A stretch of DNA of 64,000 nucleotides from Bdellovibrionota bacterium (GTDB lineage Bacteria; Bdellovibrionota_G; JALEGL01; DATDPG01), in NCBI GenBank assembly GCA_963668355.1, contig OY764265.1:1280001-1344000 (forward strand), written 5' to 3'. Under the pieces are notes generated by a model that was not told where the DNA came from, did not search any database, and saw only the letters and a list, made by a program, of their open reading frames with translations. Positions 35,310 to 44,829 of this stretch are shown here, in pieces (within the stretch, counting starts at the first letter, position 1; each line of letters begins with the position of its first letter). The translations under genes were made by a program, and so were the position numbers.

Positions 35310-35732
35310 CTAGACATGATGATAGGGGTCGCCCGCCTTGAAGGAGAGTGAGCGGTAGACTTGTTCGATCAAGACCAAGAGCGCCAAGCGATGGGGCATG
35401 GTGAATTTGGAGAGTGAAAGCATGAGGTCGCTGGACTGTTTTATGGTTTCGGGGACGCCATAAGCTCCGCCCACGATGAATTGCAGAACGCCTTTGTGTG
35501 ATTGTTCGATTTTTTGAAGATGTTGGGTGAGTTGAGCCGTAGAGAAAGATCTTCCTTTTTCATCCAAAACGACGCGGTACATTTTCTTTCCGTCGTATTT
35601 AATTTTTTCTAAATTTTTTACTCGAGTGAGATTCAAACGCCCATACTTTTGGATTCGATTTGAATACTCATCGATCCATTTTCGTTCATGGGGTTGAAGG
35701 CTTTTACCCTCCCAGACGATTTCAATTTTCAC
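35310..35732 (-). CDS. rlmH: 23S rRNA pseudouridine-1915 N3-methyltransferase
   Basis: LDEKG, FIVGGAYG, LSLSKFTMPHRLA.LVL.EQ.YR, PYHH. Confidence 0.95.
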   Translation of the reverse strand: MKIEIVWEGKSLQPHERKWIDEYSNRIQKYGRLNLTRVKNLEKIKYDGKKMYRVVLDEKGRSFSTAQLTQHLQKIEQSHKGVLQFIVGGAYGVPETIKQSSDLMLSLSKFTMPHRLALLVLIEQVYRSLSFKAGDPYHHV

Positions 35733-36115
35733 GCGAAGGACTGCTCAGAGGATGTGCTTTTTCGGTCGGACTCATCCTTGGCTCGTTTGACCAAGGGGGC
35801 ATCCCCCCAAAGCTTGTCAAAATTGTAATAGTCACGAATGGGTTCAAAAAAGATGTGAACGATGACCGAATCCAGGTCCACAAGAATCCACTCCCCCTTG
35901 CTGTATCCTTCAAGTGAGGTGCGTTTTCGTTTCAGGTCTTCGAAAATGGAATCGGCAAGAGCTTGTGCGTGTCTGGGGGATGTCGCGCTTGCGAGCACGA
36001 AGAAATCGGCATAACTACATTGGCCGGAAACATCCAAAATTCTAAGGTTTAGAGCTTTGTGGTTATCCGCTGTTTCCGCGGCAAACAGCGCTAATTCTTT
36101 GGCTTTCGTGGGAAT
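35729..36115 (-). CDS. rsfS: Ribosome silencing factor (5' end extends beyond the called ORF)
   Basis: ADNHKA..LRILDV....YADFFV, EG....WILVD...VIVHIF....R.YY..DKLWGD. Confidence 0.92.
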   Translation of the reverse strand: MPTKAKELALFAAETADNHKALNLRILDVSGQCSYADFFVLASATSPRHAQALADSIFEDLKRKRTSLEGYSKGEWILVDLDSVIVHIFFEPIRDYYNFDKLWGDAPLVKRAKDESDRKSTSSEQSFA

Positions 36116-36250
36116 AACCTCCGGTGAAAAGAATGATAAAAATGATCGTCAATTCGAACAAATGTACGTTTGAAAATTCTCATGCAGTGAACATTATAAT
36201 TATAGCAAAGTCATATCCGCGTGCAATCGACGAAATGCCAAATGGAAAAG

Positions 36251-36928
36251 TTATTCCGTTTTTTCGGCGTCAGGTTCGGGAAGCTGAATTTGAAGGCTTC
36301 CTTTGGGGGCCGGCTGAAGTGAAAAGAACAATCTCAGTTGTTTTCTTTCTGTGGGAAGGGTTTGAATTTGTCCCTTCAAGGGTAGCTGAGAACCGGGGTC
36401 CAAGCAGACTTTTGACTCATTCAACGTCTGACAGGAAAGGCCGTTTTCAGGCTGAAAAAGGGATGAGTCTGAGAACCCTGCACGCTGAATCATAGAGAAA
36501 ATATCCAAGAACGGTTGATCGACCCATCGGAAAAACTCGGCTTGAGGGGGAACCTGTCGAAATTCTGTTTCATGATTGCGCCGGAGAAAAAAATGTTTGT
36601 CGAGATAAATCAGGTCCAAATTTTTTTCCTTTAGCAAGGAAGTTTTGGATAGATGGTAGTTTCCGTTTTCGTCCCATTTAATTTCCCATTGAGATACGTA
36701 GCGTTTGGGAGGCGTTTCCCCTTCTTCCTTCTCTTCCGACTTTTTCTCAGGCTTTGAGATGACCTCGACTTGACCCGAAAAAACAAAGGATGAAAAAGCC
36801 TGAGCATAGGCGCGCAGGGGTTCAGGGCGCGCCAAAATTTCATGAAATCGAGAGGGTTGGGCTTCTTGTGCGGCCAAGCCTTGGGAAATGATTCCAAAAT
36901 AAAGAAAAAGAATTTTAAAAATATTCAT
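36251..36928 (-). CDS. Exported hypothetical protein
   Basis: Signal ..QGLAA|Q; overlaps the obgE stop. Confidence 0.65.
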   Translation of the reverse strand: MNIFKILFLYFGIISQGLAAQEAQPSRFHEILARPEPLRAYAQAFSSFVFSGQVEVISKPEKKSEEKEEGETPPKRYVSQWEIKWDENGNYHLSKTSLLKEKNLDLIYLDKHFFLRRNHETEFRQVPPQAEFFRWVDQPFLDIFSMIQRAGFSDSSLFQPENGLSCQTLNESKVCLDPGSQLPLKGQIQTLPTERKQLRLFFSLQPAPKGSLQIQLPEPDAEKTE

Positions 36929-37913
36929 AAAGTTTTTGTGTGAGATGCTTTAATCCTGTTTCCTCTTTGGCGGAAACGGGGAAAACCTCAATTCCATTTT
37001 CATTAAACAGACACACAATATCTTTTATGGCCTGAGGTTCAAGAATGTCGATTTTGTTCAAGGCAACGACAAAGGGCTTGGATTTTGCCGAGGCGTCATG
37101 ATGGAGGATTTCTGTCCGTGTTTTTGAAAATTGGGTCCACGCAGACTCCGGGTTTTCTTCGCTCACCGTGGTGACGTATAGCAAAAGTCGCGTTCTTTGA
37201 ATGTGTTTTAAGAAGCTGGTTCCCAGGCCCAAGCCTTCATGTGCGCCTTCAATGAGTCCGGGAATATCGGCCAGCGTGATGGGTTTGTCTCTTTCCTGTA
37301 GAACGCCCAAACCAGGGACCAAAGTGGTGAAAGGGTAATCGGCCACTTTGGGTTTGGCAGCAGTAAGGCGAGAGAGCAGTGTGGATTTGCCGACGTTTGG
37401 TGGGCCCACAATTCCGACATCGGCTAAAACACGCAATTCCATCTCCACCCATTGGCCTTCCCGTTTTTCTCCTGGAGTACATTTTCTGGGTGCGCGGTTG
37501 ATCGAGGAGGCATAATTCATATTTCCTCTTCCGCCTCTTCCTCCTTCAGCAATGATGACCCGTTGCGCATCCTCGAGAACTTCCCCAAGAACCTGGGAGT
37601 GATCTTCGCTAACGACAAGCGTTCCGAGAGGAACCCGAATTTCAAGGTCCGGGCCATTGGCCCCAGTGCATTGAGACTTCCCTCCGTCTTGGCCATCTTT
37701 CGCTCGGTAGTGACGTTGGTACCGAAAATCTTGGAGGGTTGCCAATTGGGTGGATCCAATCAGGACAATGTTTCCGCCACGACCTCCGTTACCTCCATCC
37801 GGACCGCCTTTGGGGACATAGCGCTCCCTTCGAAAGCTGCAATGACCATTTCCGCCATCTCCAGCTTTGATGAAGATTTTTGCAGAATCAATGAATTTAA
37901 ATCCCTTAGACAT
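36915..37913 (-). CDS. obgE: GTPase Obg/CgtA
   Basis: GDGGNG..SFRRE..P.GGPDGGNGG, GPPNVGKS, YPFTT, DIPG, NKID. Confidence 0.98.
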   Translation of the reverse strand: MSKGFKFIDSAKIFIKAGDGGNGHCSFRRERYVPKGGPDGGNGGRGGNIVLIGSTQLATLQDFRYQRHYRAKDGQDGGKSQCTGANGPDLEIRVPLGTLVVSEDHSQVLGEVLEDAQRVIIAEGGRGGRGNMNYASSINRAPRKCTPGEKREGQWVEMELRVLADVGIVGPPNVGKSTLLSRLTAAKPKVADYPFTTLVPGLGVLQERDKPITLADIPGLIEGAHEGLGLGTSFLKHIQRTRLLLYVTTVSEENPESAWTQFSKTRTEILHHDASAKSKPFVVALNKIDILEPQAIKDIVCLFNENGIEVFPVSAKEETGLKHLTQKLYEYF

Positions 37914-37994
37914 GACGGATTATGTTTTTGAACGGATGCTTGGGGAACGTGTTTGTTTCCCGTACAAGCCAAAAAAATTTGAAAAAGGAGTCGA

Positions 37995-38246
37995 TTAAGC
38001 GACGACGCTGACGCGTTTTCGATCTTTGCCCATTCTGGAGTATTCGACGGTGCCGTCTACTTTCGCAAAGATTGTGTAGTCATTGCCCATCCCGACATTC
38101 TGGCCCGGGTGAATTTTCGTTCCGACTTGTCGGACGATGATCCCACCGGCTCGAACTTTTTGCCCGCCATAAATTTTAATGCCGCGACGTTGACCTTGAC
38201 TGTCTCGCCCGTTTCTTGAACTTCCGCCCGCTTTTTTATGAGCCAT
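37995..38246 (-). CDS. rpmA: 50S ribosomal protein L27
   Basis: [16 protein letters not shown]. Confidence 0.99.
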   Translation of the reverse strand: MAHKKAGGSSRNGRDSQGQRRGIKIYGGQKVRAGGIIVRQVGTKIHPGQNVGMGNDYTIFAKVDGTVEYSRMGKDRKRVSVVA

Positions 38247-38248
38247 AA

Positions 38249-38554
38249 CTAAACCTCGATTCCAGTGATTTCCACTTTTGAGTAGAATTGACGATGGCCT
38301 TGTTTTTTGTGATGGCCTTTTCGCCGAATCTTGTGGAAGACGGTGATTTTCTCACCACGAGATTGTTCAATGATTTTTCCAACGACGGCACCTTTCGATT
38401 CTGGTTTTACACTGACATCTTTGTCATTGTTGACCAAGAGCAGATCTGTGAACCGAACTTCACTACCGACCGGACCGTCAATTTTTTCCATGGTGACAAT
38501 TTGACCGGGTGTGACGTCGTATTGATGTGTTCCAACTTTTATTATTGCATGCAT
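38249..38554 (-). CDS. rplU: 50S ribosomal protein L21
   Basis: MHAII..G..QY.V..G, KKQGHRQ; start ATG 38554. Confidence 0.97.
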   Translation of the reverse strand: MHAIIKVGTHQYDVTPGQIVTMEKIDGPVGSEVRFTDLLLVNNDKDVSVKPESKGAVVGKIIEQSRGEKITVFHKIRRKGHHKKQGHRQFYSKVEITGIEV

Positions 38555-38658
38555 AACTGTCCCCAAAAAGGTGGGCATGGATACGGCTTTTTCGCTTGGC
38601 TGTCAAGTGGCTAGGACGTTAGAGTTAATTGTTTTATTGAAGGGGCTTAGCCAAATTC

Positions 38659-40410
38659 ATGAGTGAAAAAACAGCCATCATTTTCAGCGAACTGACGACG
38701 AAATTTCCTAATATTCAAGAGGACTTAGGTCGGTTTGGGCTGGCGTGCCATTTGGCGGATGGCGGGCGTCGAGCTTTAGAGCAAGCTCAGGAGTTAAATC
38801 CCTCCTTGCTTTTGCTGGATGTGGCCATGCCGGAGATGAGCGGAATTGAGTGTTGTCGGCAAATCAAAGAGGGGGCTTTGCGAGAGCCTCCCAAGATCAT
38901 TTTAATCTCTTCTCTGGAGTCTTCGGGGATCGAACAGCGGGCGCAAGATGCCGGCTGTGATCGGTACCTTCTGGAGACCGAGGCTCAAAGCTCACTGAAT
39001 GACATTTTGGCCAGTTTTTTCGCAGGAGATGAGCATGTGGCTCAGTCCCAGGTTTCAGAAGGGGAGGTGACGTCTGCCCCCGACACCCCCGTTGATTTGA
39101 GCAGTTCTGACTCTGGCTCTGATCGGCGCAGTGCTCCTCGAATTGAGATTCCGAGCCCCGTTCTCTACACCGTGGAAAAGGATGTGTTTCATGGTCGGTT
39201 GATGAATTTGAGCCAATCTGGGGTCCTTTTTGCGGCTTCTCAGGACATTCCGATCCATTCGCTTGTCGAATTGCGTTTTCGGACGGTTCACGGACAGGAA
39301 TTCAACTTGGCCACCAAAGTGGTTCGAACGATTCCCTTGAAAAAACCGCAAAACGGGTTGAGTTTTGGCATCGGAGCGACCTTTGAAAAAACGGGTTTGG
39401 AAGATGATCAAAAAATCGATTGGTTACTGGACGCCAAATTGGAACTTAAACTTCCAGGCTTTTCTCCGGATCAGCTAAGACAATTTTTGGATGGGGACGA
39501 AACCTTAGTTGGTCCTGTCATGCGGAATGAACATGAAAATGCGGTCTTCGACATTGTTTTGGGACAGAAGACGAACTTTGAAATTTCAGCTTTTGGAAAA
39601 GAAGAGAATCAAGCTGACTGCGTAAAACGATTGGTTTTTTTGCGTGCCCAGTTGCGAGCTTTTCGAGCCTTTGTTCCCACGCTTGCTAAAAATAAGGGAA
39701 CGTTTGCCGGGATCTTTCTTCCTTTCATACCTCCGCTGTTTGAAAAAGTGGCTTCCATTGAAGAGGAGTCGAATGGTTTTGTTCGGGAAGCTGTGGAAAG
39801 TGGGGATGAAACCAGTCGTGAGGGACTGATTCAAACGAGCAATGCGCTCTTTGATGCTCGTGTGGCATTGGTCTGCGCCTTGGCCGACCACTTATCTCCC
39901 GATGGTTTGGGAGATCAGGGCGAATTTGTGAGGCGCATGCATGTGGAAGCCGAACAAATTCGGTCTCGACAGGTGGATGAGTTCGACCAAAAATATGCCC
40001 GACGTGCTCCGGTTCCTGAGCCCAAGGAAGAGGAAAAAGAATCAGATTTCATGAAAAGCCTCTCGTCGAAGAAGACATGGATTCTTGCCAGTGTCTTCGC
40101 CTTTTTTACCTTGCTGGGGGTCGGGGGATATTTCCTTTCCCAAAGAGTGGCTCCGAATGAGTTGGGGCTTCCCGTTGGGGTTTCAAGCATCACAAAGGTT
40201 CATAACGGTGTGGATGTCATCATTGAAAAAGGGGTTTGGAGTAATTGGCCGGATGAAGACAAAGAGATTTGCCTTCAAAAACTGGAAGAATACATGTCCA
40301 CGAACCGACAAAAGCAGGTCAAAATCAAAGATGAAAACGGTCGCCGAATCGCCGTCATCATGGGGACGAAATACGGCCAAGATTGGGTCTTCAACCGGCG
40401 TTTTTATTAG
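38659..40410 (+). CDS. REC-PilZ membrane-anchored protein
   Basis: REC LLDVAMPEMSG; PilZ RRSAPR and NLSQSG; C-terminal TM helix. Confidence 0.85.
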   Translation: MSEKTAIIFSELTTKFPNIQEDLGRFGLACHLADGGRRALEQAQELNPSLLLLDVAMPEMSGIECCRQIKEGALREPPKIILISSLESSGIEQRAQDAGCDRYLLETEAQSSLNDILASFFAGDEHVAQSQVSEGEVTSAPDTPVDLSSSDSGSDRRSAPRIEIPSPVLYTVEKDVFHGRLMNLSQSGVLFAASQDIPIHSLVELRFRTVHGQEFNLATKVVRTIPLKKPQNGLSFGIGATFEKTGLEDDQKIDWLLDAKLELKLPGFSPDQLRQFLDGDETLVGPVMRNEHENAVFDIVLGQKTNFEISAFGKEENQADCVKRLVFLRAQLRAFRAFVPTLAKNKGTFAGIFLPFIPPLFEKVASIEEESNGFVREAVESGDETSREGLIQTSNALFDARVALVCALADHLSPDGLGDQGEFVRRMHVEAEQIRSRQVDEFDQKYARRAPVPEPKEEEKESDFMKSLSSKKTWILASVFAFFTLLGVGGYFLSQRVAPNELGLPVGVSSITKVHNGVDVIIEKGVWSNWPDEDKEICLQKLEEYMSTNRQKQVKIKDENGRRIAVIMGTKYGQDWVFNRRFY

Positions 40411-40425
40411 GTTCTCGTCAAACGT

Positions 40426-40944
40426 CTATTCGAGTTCGTCCAGCGTGTAGAGGGCGCCGCCTCCTTCAACCTCACCGGAATTGGAGTTGACCGAGGCCAC
40501 ACGCTCAAAAAGAGAGGTGTTGCCGTCGCCGTCAAGATCTCCCTCGGCTCGGGCGGTAAATGCAGCATTTTCATTGAAGCCGGATGCCGCGACCGAATAA
40601 CTGTAGAGAACGGCTCCGTCCGGGGCAAACTTGATGGCGGCCCAGTCCGCGGTTTGGAAATTTCCGAAACGCTTGTCGTTTAGAATTGTCGTGGGTTCTC
40701 GCTCCAGGTGTACAAATTGTTTGGATATGACGGTTCCGTCTTGGTTGGTCATTTCTTCCTGGTAATAGGCGATTTCGCCATCGTATATTTTTCGAATATT
40801 GAGTGTGGCTTCTGTGGTTTTGGACTTCAGGAGGTATTTCCCCAATAGGGGAAGGGCTACAGCGGCCAAAATGCCGATGATGAAAACAACCGTCATCAAT
40901 TCCATGAGTGTGAAACCTTTATTTTTGATCATTTTTTGATTCAT
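40426..40944 (-). CDS. Type IV pilin
   Basis: KG|FTLMELMTVVFIIGILAAVALP; SKTTEA; FTARAEGDLDGDG; RBS GGAGGT before ATG 40944. Confidence 0.92.
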   Translation of the reverse strand: MNQKMIKNKGFTLMELMTVVFIIGILAAVALPLLGKYLLKSKTTEATLNIRKIYDGEIAYYQEEMTNQDGTVISKQFVHLEREPTTILNDKRFGNFQTADWAAIKFAPDGAVLYSYSVAASGFNENAAFTARAEGDLDGDGNTSLFERVASVNSNSGEVEGGGALYTLDELE

Positions 40945-41119
40945 CGTTGGCCAACCTCCCAAAACATTATTCTCGCACACTATTTTTGGGTAAAGAACCA
41001 AAAATTCAAGTTTTTTCTTTAAGTTTAATAAGTTGACACACCCAATCAAAGTAAAGCCTTAGAAGTGTAAACTTTAGCTCCCTCAACCCTGGGAGAAAAC
41101 AGCTAACTACCTTTTTTCG

Positions 41120-41184
41120 TTGACAAAACTGGTGTGTGACCATACGTTTGTGGGAAAAAGTGGGATAAAGTGGTTGGTTGTGTT
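41120..41184 (+). promoter_or_regulatory. dcw sigma-70 promoter and MraZ operator repeats
   Basis: TTGACA(41120)-17-TACGTT; GTGGG/GTGGG/GTGGT at 41150, 41160 and 41170 (10-bp period). Confidence 0.85.
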
Positions 41185-41203
41185 TTAGAGGGGTTAGCCA
41201 TAG

Positions 41204-41644
41204 ATGTTTCGAGGCCGTTATGAACATACGATCGATGCCAAGGGTCGGTTAAGTATTCCATCACGCTTCCGCGATATTTTAAGCCAAAAATATTCGGACA
41301 CGCTAGTGATAACGAATTTCGACCATTGTTTGGTCGCGTATCCGCAGGAAGAATGGGAGTCCTTAGAGCGTCGAGCAGCGGCACTTCCGCAGTTGAAGCG
41401 GGAAGTGAAGGCGTTTCAGCGTTATTTTATTTCGGGGGCGACCGAGTGCCCACTGGATCGTCATGGACGCGTGCTCATTTCACCGGTGTTGCGTTCGTAT
41501 GCTCAACTTGAAAAAGACGTTGTTCTCGTTGGTCTTCTAAAGAAGATCGAAATTTGGTCAAAGCCTCTCTGGACAAAAGTTTTTGAAGAATCCCAGAAGA
41601 GCTTTGAGGAGAACAGCGATGTTTTGGCCGAACTTGGAATCTGA
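41204..41644 (+). CDS. mraZ: Transcriptional regulator MraZ
   Basis: MFRG.YEHTIDAKGRLSIP, DRHGRV, IEIW. Confidence 0.98.
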   Translation: MFRGRYEHTIDAKGRLSIPSRFRDILSQKYSDTLVITNFDHCLVAYPQEEWESLERRAAALPQLKREVKAFQRYFISGATECPLDRHGRVLISPVLRSYAQLEKDVVLVGLLKKIEIWSKPLWTKVFEESQKSFEENSDVLAELGI

Positions 41645-41672
41645 TCAGGCCGCCAGCGCTGGACCGAATGAA

Positions 41673-42578
41673 ATGCCCTTGAGTGTTCATCAGCCGGTGA
41701 TGGTTTCCGAGGTGTTGAGGTGCTTGGATTGTGCACCGGGTCGAAACTACCTGGATTTAACACTGGGGGGCGCGGGGCATGCCCAAGCCATTTTAAGAAA
41801 AACCCATCCAAAGGGGTCCCTCTTTGCCTGTGATCGGGATGCCGAGGCTCTAGAGAGAGCCAAAAACAAACTCCGACCCTTCTCCGGTCGATATCACGTT
41901 TTTCATCAAGCTTTGAGTGAAGTGGAACATCTGAAAGAGGACATTCCATTTGCGGATTTGCACGGGGCTTTCATTGATTCAGGGGTTTCGAGCGATCAGC
42001 TGGAAACTGCTGAGCGGGGCTTTTCGTTTTCCAGAACGGGTCCTTTGGACATGCGCATGGATAAATCGAAAGGGATCACCTTGCGGGAGTGGTTGGCGCA
42101 ATCCACCGAACGGGAAATTGCCGATGCCATTTTTCGCTATGGCGAAGAGAGAAATAGTCGAAAGGTTGCCCGAGCCATCGTGGAGGCCAAAAAATGGGGC
42201 TCTTTGGAAACGACTCAAGATTTAGAGGAGGCCGTTTTTTCAGCTTTCCCAAAACATCGCCGCAGTCGGAGAATCCATCCTGCCACGCGAACCTTCCAAG
42301 CGTTGAGAATCGTCGTGAATGATGAATTGGGCGAATTGAAAAAGGGAATTCGATCCTTGTTGGAACTCATGCCTCCTTCATCGCGTTTGGTGGTGTTGAC
42401 GTTTCATTCCTTGGAAGACCGTGTGGTCAAGGAGGCCTTTCGAACGGCTGCCAGGCAAGGTCGTGCGCGACTTCTTTTTAAGAAACCCCTCGTTCCCACA
42501 GATGAGGAAATTCGAGAAAACCCACGTTCTCGAAGTACGAAATTGCGAGCCATTGAACTGATAGGAGGAACCGGATGA
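41673..42578 (+). CDS. rsmH: 16S rRNA C1402 methyltransferase
   Basis: HQPVM, D.TLGGAGH, GVSS.QL, PLDMRM, HPATRTFQALRI.VN.EL, FHSLEDR. Confidence 0.98.
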   Translation: MPLSVHQPVMVSEVLRCLDCAPGRNYLDLTLGGAGHAQAILRKTHPKGSLFACDRDAEALERAKNKLRPFSGRYHVFHQALSEVEHLKEDIPFADLHGAFIDSGVSSDQLETAERGFSFSRTGPLDMRMDKSKGITLREWLAQSTEREIADAIFRYGEERNSRKVARAIVEAKKWGSLETTQDLEEAVFSAFPKHRRSRRIHPATRTFQALRIVVNDELGELKKGIRSLLELMPPSSRLVVLTFHSLEDRVVKEAFRTAARQGRARLLFKKPLVPTDEEIRENPRSRSTKLRAIELIGGTG

Positions 42579-42856
42579 AAAAAAAGTTCCTCACGGTCTT
42601 TTTGTTTGTTTCGGCACTGGTTCTCTCCTTGGGATATGTGCGTGCGCGCTTCTGGATTGTCGAGCTGAGTTATGAAACGAGTCAGAAGAGGAGCTTAAGA
42701 AAACAACTATTGCAGGAAAAGCGAAGTCTAACGTTGGAGTTGGAAACGTTACGAAATGCAGATCGCATTGAGCGGATTGCGAAGAAGAAGCTTGGCCTGA
42801 CCCGAAAACAAGAACCGGTATCCGTGGTTGTGCTGGATGGAGGTTCGACAAGATGA
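42575..42856 (+). CDS. ftsL: Cell division protein FtsL
   Basis: TM helix, coiled coil, RIERIA..LGL; position in the dcw cluster. Confidence 0.85.
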   Translation: MKKKFLTVFLFVSALVLSLGYVRARFWIVELSYETSQKRSLRKQLLQEKRSLTLELETLRNADRIERIAKKKLGLTRKQEPVSVVVLDGGSTR

Positions 42857-44829
42857 ATCGCGTCGAGCGCAGTTGGAAACGAAGGGTCGCGTCCTGTCTT
42901 GTGATCTTTATCTTATCTTTTGCTGTGCTGGGGTTGCGTGCGGTGCAGCTTCAGTTGCGTCCTGATCCGCGTGTGGTGAACAAAGAGCGACAGTTTGATC
43001 GTCGCATGGTGGTGCGTACGCCTCGCGGAACCATATACGATTCAAAGGGACGGGCGTTGGCGGTCAGTTTGGATGTTCCGTCGGTGTTTGCAGATCCCAG
43101 TGTCATCGAAAACGGGAAAGAATTTTCAAAAAAAGTCGCTCCGCTGCTGAAGATGTCTCCACGCACCATTCGAAAAAAAATCAAAAACCGTGAACGACAA
43201 TTCGTTTGGTTGAAACGCGGGGTGAACCCACGCATTGGAAAAAAGCTTCGTCGCCTTCAGTTGCCAGGTTTGCATATTGCCAAAGAGTCTAACCGATTTT
43301 ATCCGGACAAAGAGTCTGCTGCTCAAGTTTTAGGTTTTGTGGGAATTGATGGTGTGGGCTTAGAAGGCTTGGAGCGAAGTTACGACAAAATTTTAAAAGG
43401 TCCACGTGTTGTGTTGCATGCAAAAAAGGACGCCAAGGGACGCGCGATTTTTTCGCAAACACAAACCATGGAACATGTTGAGAGTGGGGCCGACCTCACC
43501 TTGACGTTGGACTCCACGATTCAGCATTTGGTTGAAAACGAGTTGAAACATGCAGCTCGTACAAGCGGATCAAAGAAGGCCATGGCTATTGTGGCTAACC
43601 CCTCCGACGGCCGAATTTATGCCATGGCTTCTTATCCGCCTGTGAATCCAAATCAAATTCGACGAAATGCGCTCTCTTTCTGGAGAAATCGCCCGGTGCA
43701 GGAAGTGTTTGAACCGGGTTCGTTGTTTAAGGTCTTTACGATGGGAGCCGCACTTGAGCAGGGGGTCATCTCCCCTGAAAAAATCATTCTTTGCAAGAAG
43801 GGCTCTCTTAAGTTTGGAAGAAAGTCCATTCGCACCCATGACGAACACACTTGGCTGACCCCACGCGGAATTTTGAAGCACTCGGACAATATTGGCTCCT
43901 CCCGAATCGCCTTGGAACTCGGGCGTAGGCGCTTTTTTGAAGAAATTGAACGGGCGGGCTTTAGCCAATCCACAGGAATTGATTTATCTGGAGAAGTTGC
44001 CGGTCTTCTCCGCCCCGCCAGCGAGTGGAAGGATATCGATCTGGCCAATATTTCATTTGGCCAAGGAATTGGCGTCACGGGAGTTCAAATGATTGCGGCC
44101 TTAAGTGCCGTCGCGAACGGTGGTTTTTCTGTGCAGCCTTACGTTGCCTCTCATGCGACCTTGCCGGATGGTCGGAATGTTCCCATTCACCACGCGGGCA
44201 GAAAACAACGGGTGTATGGCCAAGAAACGGCCAAGCTTCTTACGCATTGGATGGAGGCTGTGGTCGAAGAGGGTGGAAGCGGAGTCGCCGCTGCAATTCC
44301 GGGCTATCGAGTTGCTGGAAAAACAGGAACTTCTCAAAAAATCGACCCGAAGACAGGCTCGTATTCCAGGGAGTTGGTCACGAGCAGTTTCTTTGGGTTT
44401 GCTCCAGCAGAGGACCCTCAACTTGTTGCTTTGTTTGTTTTTGATGAACCCAAAGACTCGGACTTTGGTGGGCAGCTGGCCGCTCCTGTATTTTCCCGTG
44501 TTGTGAAAGGGGCGTTGAATTACTTAGGGGTCACGCCTTCCAAGGATGAAAAGCAGGAAGAACTTGAACTTCGACTGATGGTTCATGCCTTACCGGATCA
44601 CGAAAAACGATCGCAGGCAAAAGCGGATGTTCTTCTTGGAAAGAATCAAGCTCCCGATTTATTGGGGCTAACGATTCGAGAAGCGTTAAGAAAGGCTGAA
44701 GAAAACGGTTTTGATTTAAAAGTTTCCGGATCCGGCCGAGCCATTGATCAAAAACCAGATCCGGGAAAAACGTTTGGAAAACAACGAACGGTGAAGGTTC
44801 GGTTTGGGCCGACGAAGGAGAGCGTGTGA
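42853..44829 (+). CDS. ftsI: Class B penicillin-binding protein with PASTA domain
   Basis: RGTIYD, EPGSLFK, SDN, KTGT; C-terminal PASTA. Confidence 0.95.
   Translation: MNRVERSWKRRVASCLVIFILSFAVLGLRAVQLQLRPDPRVVNKERQFDRRMVVRTPRGTIYDSKGRALAVSLDVPSVFADPSVIENGKEFSKKVAPLLKMSPRTIRKKIKNRERQFVWLKRGVNPRIGKKLRRLQLPGLHIAKESNRFYPDKESAAQVLGFVGIDGVGLEGLERSYDKILKGPRVVLHAKKDAKGRAIFSQTQTMEHVESGADLTLTLDSTIQHLVENELKHAARTSGSKKAMAIVANPSDGRIYAMASYPPVNPNQIRRNALSFWRNRPVQEVFEPGSLFKVFTMGAALEQGVISPEKIILCKKGSLKFGRKSIRTHDEHTWLTPRGILKHSDNIGSSRIALELGRRRFFEEIERAGFSQSTGIDLSGEVAGLLRPASEWKDIDLANISFGQGIGVTGVQMIAALSAVANGGFSVQPYVASHATLPDGRNVPIHHAGRKQRVYGQETAKLLTHWMEAVVEEGGSGVAAAIPGYRVAGKTGTSQKIDPKTGSYSRELVTSSFFGFAPAEDPQLVALFVFDEPKDSDFGGQLAAPVFSRVVKGALNYLGVTPSKDEKQEELELRLMVHALPDHEKRSQAKADVLLGKNQAPDLLGLTIREALRKAEENGFDLKVSGSGRAIDQKPDPGKTFGKQRTVKVRFGPTKESV

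Noticed and set aside
35310..35340. rlmH 3' end as an integration site (orfX-like)
   Set aside because: No recombinase or recognisable direct repeat was seen.
40426..40944. Conductive (e-pilus) pilin
   Set aside because: By hand count about 17 aromatics in about 162 mature residues, but it is a long pilin with Leu at position 24 and no cytochrome genes nearby; insufficient evidence.
41150..41184. 10-bp periodic GTGG repeats as a novel element
   Set aside because: Explained by known MraZ operator boxes.
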